From IMG/VR virus record IMGVR_UViG_3300025299_000102: DNA of 64,000 nt; one strand, 5' to 3'. How positions within the stretch are numbered: position 1 is the first letter of the stretch; each line of letters starts with the position of its first letter. The position numbers and the translations under genes were made by a program. Under the pieces are notes generated by a model, which did not search any database, had not been told where the DNA came from, and worked only from the letters and a program-made list of their open reading frames with translations. Positions 1 to 9,134 of this stretch are shown here, in pieces. Origin of the DNA: a virus (lineage: Duplodnaviria > Heunggongvirae > Uroviricota > Caudoviricetes).

Positions 1-765
1 ATGTCTGGGGATTTTCTTTTCACCCTTACCCCACAATCCATGGTTTCGTACATACAGCGCGTTTCGCTCACTGGTCCCGACGACCAAACCGATATTTCAA
101 AGCTCATCGACCTGGCCGCACGGTATCCCTTCGTTGAATGGGCACTTCTGTACGTGCCTCATAATGAAGGGGCGCCACGCAATCCAACAAAACACTGGCG
201 CCAGGCATTCTTTAAGCACCTGGCTCATCAAAGCGCCGTTCACCTTTGTGGGGAACTCGCATTCAGGCAGCTGCTGTCTAATGACCTTCCTGAGGACATT
301 CTGGTGGCGCCGCGGCTGCAGCTGAACATTAACGCTCGCCGCCGGGAGTTCACCGACGACGAAGTCATCAGGGTCTATTCCCGAGCACTCGCTTTTGGCC
401 CAGACATCATCCTGCAATATCACCCAGGAACGGCCGCGAGTATTGAACGCTTTATTCAACAAGTGCCTGCCGCCCACCTGGACAGGGTTCACGTGCTACT
501 GGATTCTTCACTTGGGCTTGGGCGTGCACCAGACAAGTGGGCTTGCCCGGAAACCTTAAAGCACCGCTACGTTGGATTCGCAGGCGGAATCAGCCCAGAT
601 AACATCAACGCTGTCGTCACTGCGGTCGAGGGTATTGGCATGCCCTGTTGGATTGATATGGAAAGCGGCATTCGAACTGACAATCAGCTCGACGCAGCAA
701 AGGCCGAAATTGTGCTTAAAGCAGTCTTTGGGCACGACTATAAAGAACGAGTAACTGTCCTTTGA
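1..765 (+). CDS. hypothetical protein (254 aa)
   Basis: Long ORF starting at window edge; no motif I can assign; weak GG(I/L)SPDN-type glycine motif only. Confidence 0.45.
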   Translation: MSGDFLFTLTPQSMVSYIQRVSLTGPDDQTDISKLIDLAARYPFVEWALLYVPHNEGAPRNPTKHWRQAFFKHLAHQSAVHLCGELAFRQLLSNDLPEDILVAPRLQLNINARRREFTDDEVIRVYSRALAFGPDIILQYHPGTAASIERFIQQVPAAHLDRVHVLLDSSLGLGRAPDKWACPETLKHRYVGFAGGISPDNINAVVTAVEGIGMPCWIDMESGIRTDNQLDAAKAEIVLKAVFGHDYKERVTVL

Positions 766-907
766 ATAGCAAGGAGTCCTAAATCAAAAGCCGACTCCTA
801 ACTCACGCCAGAATTTTTAAAACTTTTTGCTAACAGGGGGCTTTTCTTTAATACGTCTAGCTGCTAAAGTGCAACTCAGCTTCAATTTACAAGGAGGAGT
901 GTACGCA

Positions 908-1195
908 ATGACCACTTACGCTGAGTATCAGGCGCAAATCGCGCAGCTTCAAAAAGAGGCAGCAGCAGTCCGGGAAAACGAAATCGCTGGTGCAAAAGCT
1001 CAGATTCATAAGCTCATGCAGGACTTCAATCTCACGATTGCAGACATTTCGCTGAAACCGAGCAAGGTCGCAAAGGAACGCAAGACTGTTGAAGCCAAAT
1101 ACCGCAATCCCGCGACGGGAGAACTCTGGACGGGCCGTGGCCGAGCACCGCGCTGGCTGGACGGTAAAGACAAAGCTGACTTCCTGATTAAGTAA
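908..1195 (+). CDS. H-NS family nucleoid-associated (xenogeneic silencer-like) protein
   Basis: C-terminus YRNPATGELWTGRGRAPRWL...DFLIK matches H-NS DNA-binding motif (TWTGQGRTP...FLIK); N-terminal heptad/coiled-coil; AGGAGG RBS upstream of ATG at 908 (ORF-track start at 827 lacks RBS). Confidence 0.75.
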   Translation: MTTYAEYQAQIAQLQKEAAAVRENEIAGAKAQIHKLMQDFNLTIADISLKPSKVAKERKTVEAKYRNPATGELWTGRGRAPRWLDGKDKADFLIK

Positions 1196-1288
1196 ATCAG
1201 CACAGATTAAAGCGGCCTAGTGCCGCTTTTTTGCTTTCTGGCAATTATTACATCAATTGCTAGCAATTTGATATCGAAAAGGTCGATT

Positions 1289-2290
1289 ATGTCCTGGTGT
1301 CAATACTCAACCGAAGTACCCGATAAAGACTTCGAGGCTTTTAAAGATGCACTTTCAGCCTTGCTGGAGGTTCCCGCGGCTGCAGTAAAAAACGGGGTTT
1401 CAGAGCTAATTCAACCTGATGGATTCATATCCATTGCCCATGACACCTCCAATAAATTCCTTGCTGCCCGTTGGTTGAAAAACAATCAATGCCATGAGCT
1501 ATTTTTTGTTAAGCCCGCCACGAAGCGCGCACGTATTGGCTACTCCTGTTTAGGTCCAACATTAAAAGCCATTCCCAATCCGCTTTTGCTTTGGCTTGAC
1601 GCCGACCGCCACAAAGTAGACAAACTCCCATCCTTTACAACCCTGTCCGGACTTTTAACCAGTCAGGGCGCGGCTGTGCGTGATGTCGGGACCCACGAAC
1701 GCCAGTTGGAGGCTGACAGCGAGTATCTTAAGCAGCTACTCGCCGAGCAGTCTGATTTACTGCGGCAAACGCAAGCCCAGTTACGCAATGCCCGCCAACG
1801 CCAGGTCCTGGTAGCGGCCGGCGCAGACGATTTACCGTATCCTCCAGCAGCAGACACTTGGGATTTGGTTGAGCTTCCCGAGTGGTGCGCGGAACACGAA
1901 AGCGAAATCGTCGTTCTATCGCGCGCGCGTAATGGCGCCAAGAAGTCCCGCTACGAAGACCCGTCACTTATCCGCACCGCATTAGAGTTACTGGCCGGGC
2001 CTTATCGTGATATGCGCTGCGGGCGTTTATCGCTGGAACAGTTCGAAGCGCATATGCTACCTACAGGCTTGAGGTTCGAGGGCTCGGTTTCTCCGAATAT
2101 TGCAGGTGAGCAGGGGGACACCTACTTCGTGAACTGGGCCGGGCGCCGGCGCTTTCTAGAGTTCCATCTGCTAAAAGGCGGTGGCCGCGACGAGCGCTTT
2201 TGCTTCCGACTCTACTTTTTCTGGGACGAAGAATCTCAGCGAGCCGTGGTCGGTTCGCTTCCGGCCCACCTGGCTAACAGCTTGAGCTAA
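1289..2290 (+). CDS. hypothetical protein
   Basis: ORF 1220..2290; internal ATG at 1289 preferred after terminator-like hairpin 1200-1225. Confidence 0.45.
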   Translation: MSWCQYSTEVPDKDFEAFKDALSALLEVPAAAVKNGVSELIQPDGFISIAHDTSNKFLAARWLKNNQCHELFFVKPATKRARIGYSCLGPTLKAIPNPLLLWLDADRHKVDKLPSFTTLSGLLTSQGAAVRDVGTHERQLEADSEYLKQLLAEQSDLLRQTQAQLRNARQRQVLVAAGADDLPYPPAADTWDLVELPEWCAEHESEIVVLSRARNGAKKSRYEDPSLIRTALELLAGPYRDMRCGRLSLEQFEAHMLPTGLRFEGSVSPNIAGEQGDTYFVNWAGRRRFLEFHLLKGGGRDERFCFRLYFFWDEESQRAVVGSLPAHLANSLS

Positions 2291-2294
2291 GACC

Positions 2295-3227
2295 ATGGCA
2301 AAGATGAAATCGAAAAAAAATGACGCTGGACTTCCGGAAGAAGTTCTCAATAGCTTCAACCGCATCATGCAGGCGGAAGGGAGGAAACTTTATCGTGATT
2401 TGCACATGTTGGCCAAGTGCCAGGTCAGCAGTCCGCGGCTAATGCGATTCCTCGCACCCGAATACTCGGGAGGGAAGTGGATTTGCGATAGCACTCAGAG
2501 CGCCAGGCCATCGTTTGGCTTCAATTCTGTCAACGCGGTAAAAACTGAGCTCAAAGCTCTAGCTGGTGCTGGGAAGCGAAAAGCCATTGCCGCCTATCTC
2601 GTTCCGAGCCCAGTTGACTTAGACATGGGGTTTACGCTGTTCTCGATATTCGGCGACAGCGAAGGCAATTTCGCTATCGGCGTCCAGCTTGATATTGGCT
2701 GCCAGTGGAAGTCCATCGAGTCGGCCCCCTCGGTGCATATCATCGAGTTGCTGATGGAGCAGGATGTCGGCATTGGTGTGAAGTTCTTTGACCGGGCAGC
2801 GCAACGCTTGGTTAAGGACCTGGCCAGTTCTGCCGGCGAAGCGCCGCTATCCGGGCCCGCGCAAGAAAAGTTCTTGGCCGCCTGGCTCAAACGCGAAATG
2901 CGTGAAGTTGGCTCACTCGAAACGCGTGCAACTGGCACCATGCTGGACTCGTTCATGGAGGCGTCCGAAAAGATGCATGAGGTCATGCTCTTGGATGTTA
3001 TCGAGAAAGCTACAAACCAGGAAATTCAGCACGCCAAGCAGGTGCAAAAGCTTCACGCGCGAATTGAGACTGCAGAAAAGCTTGCCCAGGGCAGCCAGGC
3101 ACGCGCGAATCGATTGGAAGCGGAGGCAAAAGAATTGCGCCAGGCCGGCCAGGCTAACAGCGCCAGCCACCAAACGGATTTACGTGACCAGTCTATCGGA
3201 CAGGCCCTGGACAGGCTCTTCGCATAA
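2295..3227 (+). CDS. hypothetical protein (310 aa), C-terminal coiled-coil
   Basis: ORF with plausible start 4 nt after previous stop. Confidence 0.5.
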   Translation: MAKMKSKKNDAGLPEEVLNSFNRIMQAEGRKLYRDLHMLAKCQVSSPRLMRFLAPEYSGGKWICDSTQSARPSFGFNSVNAVKTELKALAGAGKRKAIAAYLVPSPVDLDMGFTLFSIFGDSEGNFAIGVQLDIGCQWKSIESAPSVHIIELLMEQDVGIGVKFFDRAAQRLVKDLASSAGEAPLSGPAQEKFLAAWLKREMREVGSLETRATGTMLDSFMEASEKMHEVMLLDVIEKATNQEIQHAKQVQKLHARIETAEKLAQGSQARANRLEAEAKELRQAGQANSASHQTDLRDQSIGQALDRLFA

Positions 3228-3330
3228 CTCTGGCGGGCGGCCGCAACGTCGCCCGCACTAAGATTCAAAATACATGCGCATTGCGCATTTCATGGTATAC
3301 TGTTTCCCTGTATAAATATTTGGGTTACGT

Positions 3331-3753
3331 ATGCTTGAATTTCTGTTATCGCCGTGCCACCGCGGCGACGCGGCCGGGCGTGTCTATCCGCCCCGCGAGT
3401 TCCCGAACTTGCCGAGCTATGAAGAATCGTTGGACCTCTGGCGCGCGGAGCTCGACCAGGTCATTCCATGCCGGCGCCGACTGGCTCTGGTCTGCTCCAT
3501 CATTCTGGGCGCGCTGTTCCTCCTTATTTCACTGCTGTCATTTGCTTCGATGCCTACGCGCGTCGCAGATGGAAGCTTAGCTCCCGAACTGCTGTATCTC
3601 AGCGGCGTCTTGATGTTTTTCCTTCCTTTGATGTACTTGGGTTGGGCATTCATACAGATGCCTATCAAACCGACAAAAGAACATCACCGCAAAGCACTGG
3701 AGCTAATGCGGGTGTTTCGTGGTAGCCAGCTGGTTAAAGTAGGGGACGAATAA
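3331..3753 (+). CDS. small integral membrane protein
   Basis: Two hydrophobic helices; preceded by TATACT -10 at ~3294 and a perfect palindrome ATGCGCA-T-TGCGCAT. Confidence 0.45.
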   Translation: MLEFLLSPCHRGDAAGRVYPPREFPNLPSYEESLDLWRAELDQVIPCRRRLALVCSIILGALFLLISLLSFASMPTRVADGSLAPELLYLSGVLMFFLPLMYLGWAFIQMPIKPTKEHHRKALELMRVFRGSQLVKVGDE

Positions 3754-4040
3754 TGCCTTTGTTTTTCGTATTGGTGCTAGCGTCCCTTGGCATTTTTTGG
3801 GGAGGCTTCGCGGCCGCCACATTGTGGGGCTGGTTCATGGTTCCATTAGGGCTGCCCGCGATTTCATACTGGCATGCAGCCGGCCTCAGTATGCTGCTCG
3901 AGGTTCTAATGGGTTCCCGCGGTGTCTCGCGGAGCTCCGAGGCTGATGCTGAAAAAGCCGTCTCCTTTGCGCTGTACTGCGCCGTTCTTATCCCTGCCTT
4001 TGGCCTAGTTTTTGGTTTGCTGGTTCACCAGCAAATGTAA
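3753..4040 (+). CDS. small integral membrane protein
   Basis: Start overlaps previous stop (TAATG); 3 predicted TM helices. Confidence 0.45.
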   Translation: MPLFFVLVLASLGIFWGGFAAATLWGWFMVPLGLPAISYWHAAGLSMLLEVLMGSRGVSRSSEADAEKAVSFALYCAVLIPAFGLVFGLLVHQQM

Positions 4041-4074
4041 GCCGGTGCCTGGCTGCACATAACTATACCTTCGC

Positions 4075-5793
4075 ATGAACAAACAACTTACCATTTCCCT
4101 GGGGCAAATCAACCCAACCATTGGCGACTTCAAGGGCAACATCACTCTGATGCGCAATGCGGCCTTTGAGGCGCAAGCAGCTGAGGCTGACATGGTGGTG
4201 TTCCCAGAGCTATCCCTCACAGGCTATAGCCCAAGCGACCTGCTGGACGACAACATGTTCCAGCAACGCCTCGAACAGGCTCAGTCCGCCCTCTATGAAG
4301 CGTCCAAGGCTACTCCTGACGTTTATTGGGTAGTCGGATTGCCTATTCGTCGCTCCGGCCGTGGCGGCCGGCCGTATTACAACGCGCTGCAGGTGCTTCT
4401 CAATGGTGAAGTGGTCCACACCCAGTACAAGCAGCTCCTACCTACGTATGGCGTGTTCGATGAGCGGCGCCATTTCGAGCCAGGCCCTGACGTTGGCAAG
4501 GTCTTGCGAATCCGAGGGGTGACTATCGGATGGTTGGTCTGCGAAGACGCATGGAACGACACTGGCCTGGATTACCCAGTCAATCCGTTCCAGCGGCTGG
4601 CCGACGCATCGCCGGACTTGGTCATTTCGATAAACGCAAGTCCAAGTCACAAAGGCAAGCGTCAAGTTCGCCATTCGGTGATTTCCAAGGCCTGCGCGCG
4701 GCATAAACTTCCACTGGTTTATGTCGCCCAGGTCGGCGGCCATGACCAGCTGGTTTTCGATGGCGCATCGTTCGCGGTAAATGCTACAGGGGAAGTCGTA
4801 TTCGAGGCCAAGCGTTTTGACTCGGATGTCCCTACCATTCGACTGGATGTCGAGAGCCAGGCCTTTATGTCCGAAACTGGCGAGAAGCTGCCCCCAGTGG
4901 CTGCGGAGGGGTTGCCTGTGATGGAGTTCTACCGGCAGCAGCTTGTACTGGGAATCCGCGACTATGCGCGCCGCTGTGGCTTCACCAAAGCCCTGCTTGG
5001 CATGTCGGGTGGTATCGACTCCGCGCTGACCCTGATGCTGGCGGTCGAAGCGCTCGGAGCCCCGAACGTCGTGGCCGTGACGATGCCGTCCACCTACTCG
5101 AGCGAAGGTAGCGTGCTCGATTCCGAGTTGATGTGTCAGAACCTGGGAGTGCAGCTCATTGAGCTACCTATCCAGGAGATGGTCGACCAGTCATGCAAAT
5201 CGTTCGAAGCCAATGTCGGGGAGGCTCCGCGTGGGCTGGCTCTTGAGAACCTGCAGGCACGCATCCGCGGCATGATGCTGATGACTTACTCGAACCAGTA
5301 CGGCCAATTGTTGCTCACGACCGGGAATAAGAGTGAGCTTTCGGTAGGGTTCTGCACGCTCGGCGGCGACGTGCTGGGAGGCTTGTGCGTGCCCGGTGAC
5401 CTTTATAAAACGGAGGTAGTAGCGCTGTGCGAGCACATTAACGCTTCATACGGTCGAGAAGTAATTCCCGTGGCCATTATTACGAAGCCGCCGTCGGCCG
5501 AACTTTCACCAGGCCAGATGGACACCGACTCTTTGCCGCCATACCCAGTTCTGGATGAAATCCTGAAAGTGCACATTGAAGGCGACTTGCTCGATGTAGA
5601 AGAGCGCCGGCACGCCAATGCCGTGGTTCGCGGCCTAATGGCCGGACACAAAGGCCTCGACACAGTTGTCAAGGTGCGTCAGCTGATTGCACGCAGCGAG
5701 TACAAGCGCCGCCAGGCGCCACCCGTAATTCGAGTTCGTGCTCGCGCATTCGGTGTCGGGCGTCAAGTACCAATTACTGCTAAGCAATACTAA
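4075..5793 (+). CDS. nadE: glutamine-dependent NAD+ synthetase (CN-hydrolase domain + NAD synthase domain)
   Basis: N-terminal nitrilase-type domain (VVFPEL...; C in GWLVCED) and C-terminal PP-loop GMSGGIDSALTL, 572 aa typical of two-domain NadE. Confidence 0.85.
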   Translation: MNKQLTISLGQINPTIGDFKGNITLMRNAAFEAQAAEADMVVFPELSLTGYSPSDLLDDNMFQQRLEQAQSALYEASKATPDVYWVVGLPIRRSGRGGRPYYNALQVLLNGEVVHTQYKQLLPTYGVFDERRHFEPGPDVGKVLRIRGVTIGWLVCEDAWNDTGLDYPVNPFQRLADASPDLVISINASPSHKGKRQVRHSVISKACARHKLPLVYVAQVGGHDQLVFDGASFAVNATGEVVFEAKRFDSDVPTIRLDVESQAFMSETGEKLPPVAAEGLPVMEFYRQQLVLGIRDYARRCGFTKALLGMSGGIDSALTLMLAVEALGAPNVVAVTMPSTYSSEGSVLDSELMCQNLGVQLIELPIQEMVDQSCKSFEANVGEAPRGLALENLQARIRGMMLMTYSNQYGQLLLTTGNKSELSVGFCTLGGDVLGGLCVPGDLYKTEVVALCEHINASYGREVIPVAIITKPPSAELSPGQMDTDSLPPYPVLDEILKVHIEGDLLDVEERRHANAVVRGLMAGHKGLDTVVKVRQLIARSEYKRRQAPPVIRVRARAFGVGRQVPITAKQY

Positions 5794-5836
5794 ACTGATT
5801 GACCGATGATTAAATACTTGCCAAAGTGTTGCTTTG

Positions 5837-5845
5837 TGGTATAAT
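5837..5845 (+). promoter_or_regulatory. extended -10 promoter (TGgTATAAT)
   Basis: TGnTATAAT ending 9 nt before the predicted 5' end of the tRNA-like RNA. Confidence 0.4.
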
Positions 5846-5854
5846 GCAATTCAT

Positions 5855-5982
5855 CTCCCTGTGGCTGAGCTGGCTTAAGGCGGCGGACTCTAAACCCGAT
5901 GCGAAACCTGCTCTTGGCTACGGACTTTTGTTCGATGCAAGACTGGCGTTTGCCGTGGGTTCGAATCCCACCAGGGGGACCA
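5855..5982 (+). ncRNA. oversized tRNA-like RNA (7-bp acceptor stem, D-arm-like hairpin, canonical T-arm GTGGGTTCGAATCCCAC, discriminator A, CCA); 128 nt
   Basis: 3' end GTGGG-TTCGAAT-CCCAC-CAGGGGG-A-CCA; 5' CTCCCTG pairs with CAGGGGG (one G.U); GCTG/CGGC D-stem with GG loop; middle ~70 nt does not fold as a normal anticodon arm. Confidence 0.5.
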
Positions 5983-6030
5983 ATTTAAAGTAGTTGCCAT
6001 CATGAATGGGCAGCTATTTGCAGCAAAACA

Positions 6031-6056
6031 AACCCGCATTTTGCGGGTTTTCTTTT
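6031..6056 (+). terminator. intrinsic terminator
   Basis: AAACCCGCAttttGCGGGTTTT + T-tract ~50 nt after the tRNA-like 3' end. Confidence 0.6.
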
Positions 6057-6180
6057 ATACGTTCGAAAAGTCTGCAAATGTGAAGTCCAGCCAGTCCGGC
6101 CGCATTTTTTCATGGCCCAACGCGTGGTCAGCAAAGAATCTTTGCTATACGGAGTGTCAAAACCAAAAGGAGGAAACACC

Positions 6181-6468
6181 ATGCCCACGAACGAAGAACT
6201 TGTGCAACAACTGCAAGAACGCGGCATTACCCCGCACGACCTGGACGACACCATCCTGGCACTCATTCACGACAAGAATGCTGACCTGATTGCCTCGATG
6301 CCGGCGGCCTCGTCGACCACCATCATGCAGAACATCGCAACTGAAGCTCGTTTGCTGACTCAGAAAGGCCTGGCCGCTCAGGTCGAATGGATGGACAGCT
6401 ACTACAACAACCGCGAGTACCTGGTCTGGGCTCTCACCGGTTACCTGCGACTGCCTCTCGCCGCCTAA
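6181..6468 (+). CDS. hypothetical small protein (95 aa)
   Basis: AAGGAGGA RBS 6 nt upstream of ATG 6181; followed by terminator. Confidence 0.5.
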   Translation: MPTNEELVQQLQERGITPHDLDDTILALIHDKNADLIASMPAASSTTIMQNIATEARLLTQKGLAAQVEWMDSYYNNREYLVWALTGYLRLPLAA

Positions 6469-6470
6469 CT

Positions 6471-6502
6471 AAAAAGCCACCGGTATGGTGGCTTTTTCTT
6501 TT
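6471..6502. terminator. bidirectional intrinsic terminator
   Basis: AAAAAGCCACCggtatGGTGGCTTTTTCTTTT between convergent genes. Confidence 0.6.
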
Positions 6503-6513
6503 GCGGCTTGCGG

Positions 6514-7023
6514 TTAGGCCGCTTTCTGCTGCTGTCGAAGCCTGACGGTCATGCTTGTGTGTTGCGACACCGTCGGCAGCAAGATACGCTCTACGATGGA
6601 TATGGCTTCATCCAGGCTGTCCACCACATAGCCACAACATTCCAGCAGCATTGGGTGCACATGTACCTTATCGTGCTTTCCTATGACCAGCACGATTTGC
6701 TTTCGGGCTGAGTCGGCCCAGGCAATCTCCATAACGGTACCGATGGAGACTTTTGGCGCGTCAAGCAGATTTACCAGCACTGCGTCAGCACGCATGCAGT
6801 CGAAGCGGTCGCGCGACGTAATCCCCTTTGCTGAGCTCAGGGGATGCTGCTCGTATGAAGCAGCAATCGCTTTCTCGTTGGCTAAATACTCTTTGTGCCG
6901 CATCGGCGAGAGTACTTGCAGTTGCGCGTCCATGTTCTGCGAGACATAGTCACGCCAATCGGTAGCAGTGCCATACGATGCGTCTGTAATTGGCCCGGCC
7001 AAATAGACCAGTTTCCTATTCAT
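6514..7023 (-). CDS. nucleoside 2-deoxyribosyltransferase-like protein
   Basis: N-terminal VYLAGPITD...W motif characteristic of nucleoside 2-deoxyribosyltransferase/DNPH1 (Rcl) family. Confidence 0.55.
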   Translation of the reverse strand: MNRKLVYLAGPITDASYGTATDWRDYVSQNMDAQLQVLSPMRHKEYLANEKAIAASYEQHPLSSAKGITSRDRFDCMRADAVLVNLLDAPKVSIGTVMEIAWADSARKQIVLVIGKHDKVHVHPMLLECCGYVVDSLDEAISIVERILLPTVSQHTSMTVRLRQQQKAA

Positions 7024-7038
7024 TGTTTTCCTTAAAAA

Positions 7039-7455
7039 TTACACCAGCGCCAGCCGACGATATTGCACGTAAACGTTGTCACGGGTTAGGGCGTGGCCCT
7101 CATACATCATTTCTGGCTCGGTCCAGTCCCAGAGGTCCCGAACGACCAGGGTAGGGATAACACCTGCAGTGGCGTGCGCAAACTCCATATCGAGCAGTCG
7201 AAGCGAACCGCTAACATAAGGAATGACGCGAAGTGCTTTTTCTAACTTCTCTTTAATGGTTAGTTCAGCAGGCAGCAACGCTGTAATGTCGAGTAGCTCA
7301 CCAGGTGCTAGTGCCAGCGCAGCGTCTACGATGGCTAAGCCCAGCTCTTGTTCTTCCAATTCCTTGGTTGGCGATTCAGGGCGCCGGCGAGCGTATTCGA
7401 TGCGCCAGTTGAAGTGTTCCACCGCTTCTGCGCGAACGGATTCATTGGTTCTCAT
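7039..7455 (-). CDS. hypothetical protein
   Basis: ORF; ATG at 7455 overlaps stop of upstream gene (ATGA). Confidence 0.4.
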   Translation of the reverse strand: MRTNESVRAEAVEHFNWRIEYARRRPESPTKELEEQELGLAIVDAALALAPGELLDITALLPAELTIKEKLEKALRVIPYVSGSLRLLDMEFAHATAGVIPTLVVRDLWDWTEPEMMYEGHALTRDNVYVQYRRLALV

Positions 7456-8066
7456 GCGGCGACTCCATACAGTTTTCGACATGCTTCCTCATTCGCCTGC
7501 TGGCGCTGAGCTGCTTCCTTATCCTCTTCCGATTTCGTATGCAGGGCATGCATGATACCCACATCAAATACATACAAAATCTCTCGCTCGGCTATGGCCA
7601 GGTCACGCCACGCTAGCACCGCAGGAGCGCCGGCCTCAACGTAAGTCAACGCCTTGTGGCATTCGCCGGACGCAATTACTGGGCATAGCAAATCGAGTTG
7701 TTCTTCGATGGAATAGTAAACCTCCGGGTAGACCATGCAGCTCACCAGGCTAGCCACCAACGCCAAAATCAGTGTCAAAGCTAGCGCGCCGATTGGATAT
7801 TCATGGCGCTGCAAGATTGCCGCATGGTTTGTTGCGTCAAGTATGGACGCTGTGAACAGCAAGAGTAGAATTGCACCGAGTGAGGCACAAAATGCAATGG
7901 CAGTCCGCCCACGCCAAAGGCTCGCACGCTCAAGTTGTTTCTTAAGCGAAGCGGTTTCGATTTTTACTGCATCTGGCGTAGTCATTCTTTCGGCCATCGG
8001 TAGTGCGCCCCAGTATCTCGTCCATTTAGCTTGACGAGCAAGTGACAGCAGTTCTTGTCGGTGCAT
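7452..8066 (-). CDS. membrane protein
   Basis: Two strong hydrophobic helices; translational coupling to downstream gene. Confidence 0.45.
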   Translation of the reverse strand: MHRQELLSLARQAKWTRYWGALPMAERMTTPDAVKIETASLKKQLERASLWRGRTAIAFCASLGAILLLLFTASILDATNHAAILQRHEYPIGALALTLILALVASLVSCMVYPEVYYSIEEQLDLLCPVIASGECHKALTYVEAGAPAVLAWRDLAIAEREILYVFDVGIMHALHTKSEEDKEAAQRQQANEEACRKLYGVAA

Positions 8067-8222
8067 GAAATTTCCTCACGTAGAAGGCATGAGCCATAAA
8101 GTTTGAGTATGACTAAGAATATACCTTATAATAGCAACTTTGTCCACCATCTAAGCTCCTTGTGTAGTTGACGTCATATACTCTCAAGAGGCCATCTCAC
8201 AAACTATCTAAGGAGGAAATTT

Positions 8223-9125
8223 ATGAAGAAAATAGCAAGTCATGGCGGTTCCTTTCACGCTGATGATGCGCTTGGCATTTCGATGCTGCGCGCGCTGTAT
8301 CCTGATGCGGAAGTTGTTCGCACACGCGACCCGGCCGTTTGGGCTACCTGTGACGCGCTAGTTGACGTCGGCGGTGAACATGACCCCGTGCGCAACCGGT
8401 TCGACCATCACCAGAAGGGCTTTGCGGAGCGTCGCGCAAACGGTATTCCGTACGCAGGCTCAGGCCTGGTCTGGGCTGCCTATGGCGCCCGCTATGTATT
8501 GACCATGGTCGATTGGGCGTCGTACGCCGAAGCTGAAATCATTGCGCGGATGGTCGATGAAAAGCTCATCCAACATGCTGATGCCGTCGACAGCGGTATC
8601 AACGTTCCAGGGTCAATGCACTTCAACCTGTCGGGCATCATCGACACCCTGAACAGCCGCTGGTATGAGCCAGAAGGCGATGATGACCTGCTTTTCGCAG
8701 AAGCAGTTGAACTTGCGGGCACAGTTCTTCGGAACCTGGTGCGTGCGGTCGCAGCTGAATATGCAGCAGCAGACCGAGTTCGTAATGCACAGCAGCTTGC
8801 CGGCGGCCGTATTATCGTGCTTGACGCAGCTCGCCTGCCATACGACCCTGTTGTGGTCAATGAGCTGCCGGACTGCCTCTTCGTGGTGTACCCTGAATCG
8901 ACAGGCAAACAGCACCAGGTCCGAGTTGTTCCGAAGGTTCTGGGTAAGTACGAAGCTCGCGCAGACCTTCCTGAAGCATGGGCCGGCCTTCGTGACGATG
9001 CACTGGCCGCGGCTACCGGTGTCAAGGACGCGGTCTTCTGCCATAACGGTCGCTTCATCTGTGGTGCCGGGTCGAAAGCCGGCGCAATTCGCATGGCTGA
9101 GCTTGCGCTTGAGGCTCTGGAGTAA
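8223..9125 (+). CDS. MYG1/UPF0160 family metal-dependent hydrolase (paralog 1)
   Basis: N-terminal HGGSFHADDALG and DHHQ motifs typical of MYG1/GAMM1 exonuclease family; AAGGAGGA RBS; TTGACG-17-TATACT promoter upstream. Confidence 0.65.
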   Translation: MKKIASHGGSFHADDALGISMLRALYPDAEVVRTRDPAVWATCDALVDVGGEHDPVRNRFDHHQKGFAERRANGIPYAGSGLVWAAYGARYVLTMVDWASYAEAEIIARMVDEKLIQHADAVDSGINVPGSMHFNLSGIIDTLNSRWYEPEGDDDLLFAEAVELAGTVLRNLVRAVAAEYAAADRVRNAQQLAGGRIIVLDAARLPYDPVVVNELPDCLFVVYPESTGKQHQVRVVPKVLGKYEARADLPEAWAGLRDDALAAATGVKDAVFCHNGRFICGAGSKAGAIRMAELALEALE

Positions 9126-9134
9126 GCAATCTCT

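Noticed and set aside
827-907. Upstream start (827) for the H-NS-like gene
   Set aside because: No RBS, while an AGGAGG sits before ATG 908 and the H-NS family N-terminus aligns from there.
5855-5982. Interpretation of the tRNA-like element as a phage attP/tRNA 3' fragment or as tmRNA
   Set aside because: No integrase gene in the window; a complementary 5' acceptor strand, D-arm-like hairpin, promoter and terminator argue for an expressed RNA; 128 nt is far too short for tmRNA (no tag ORF/pseudoknots).
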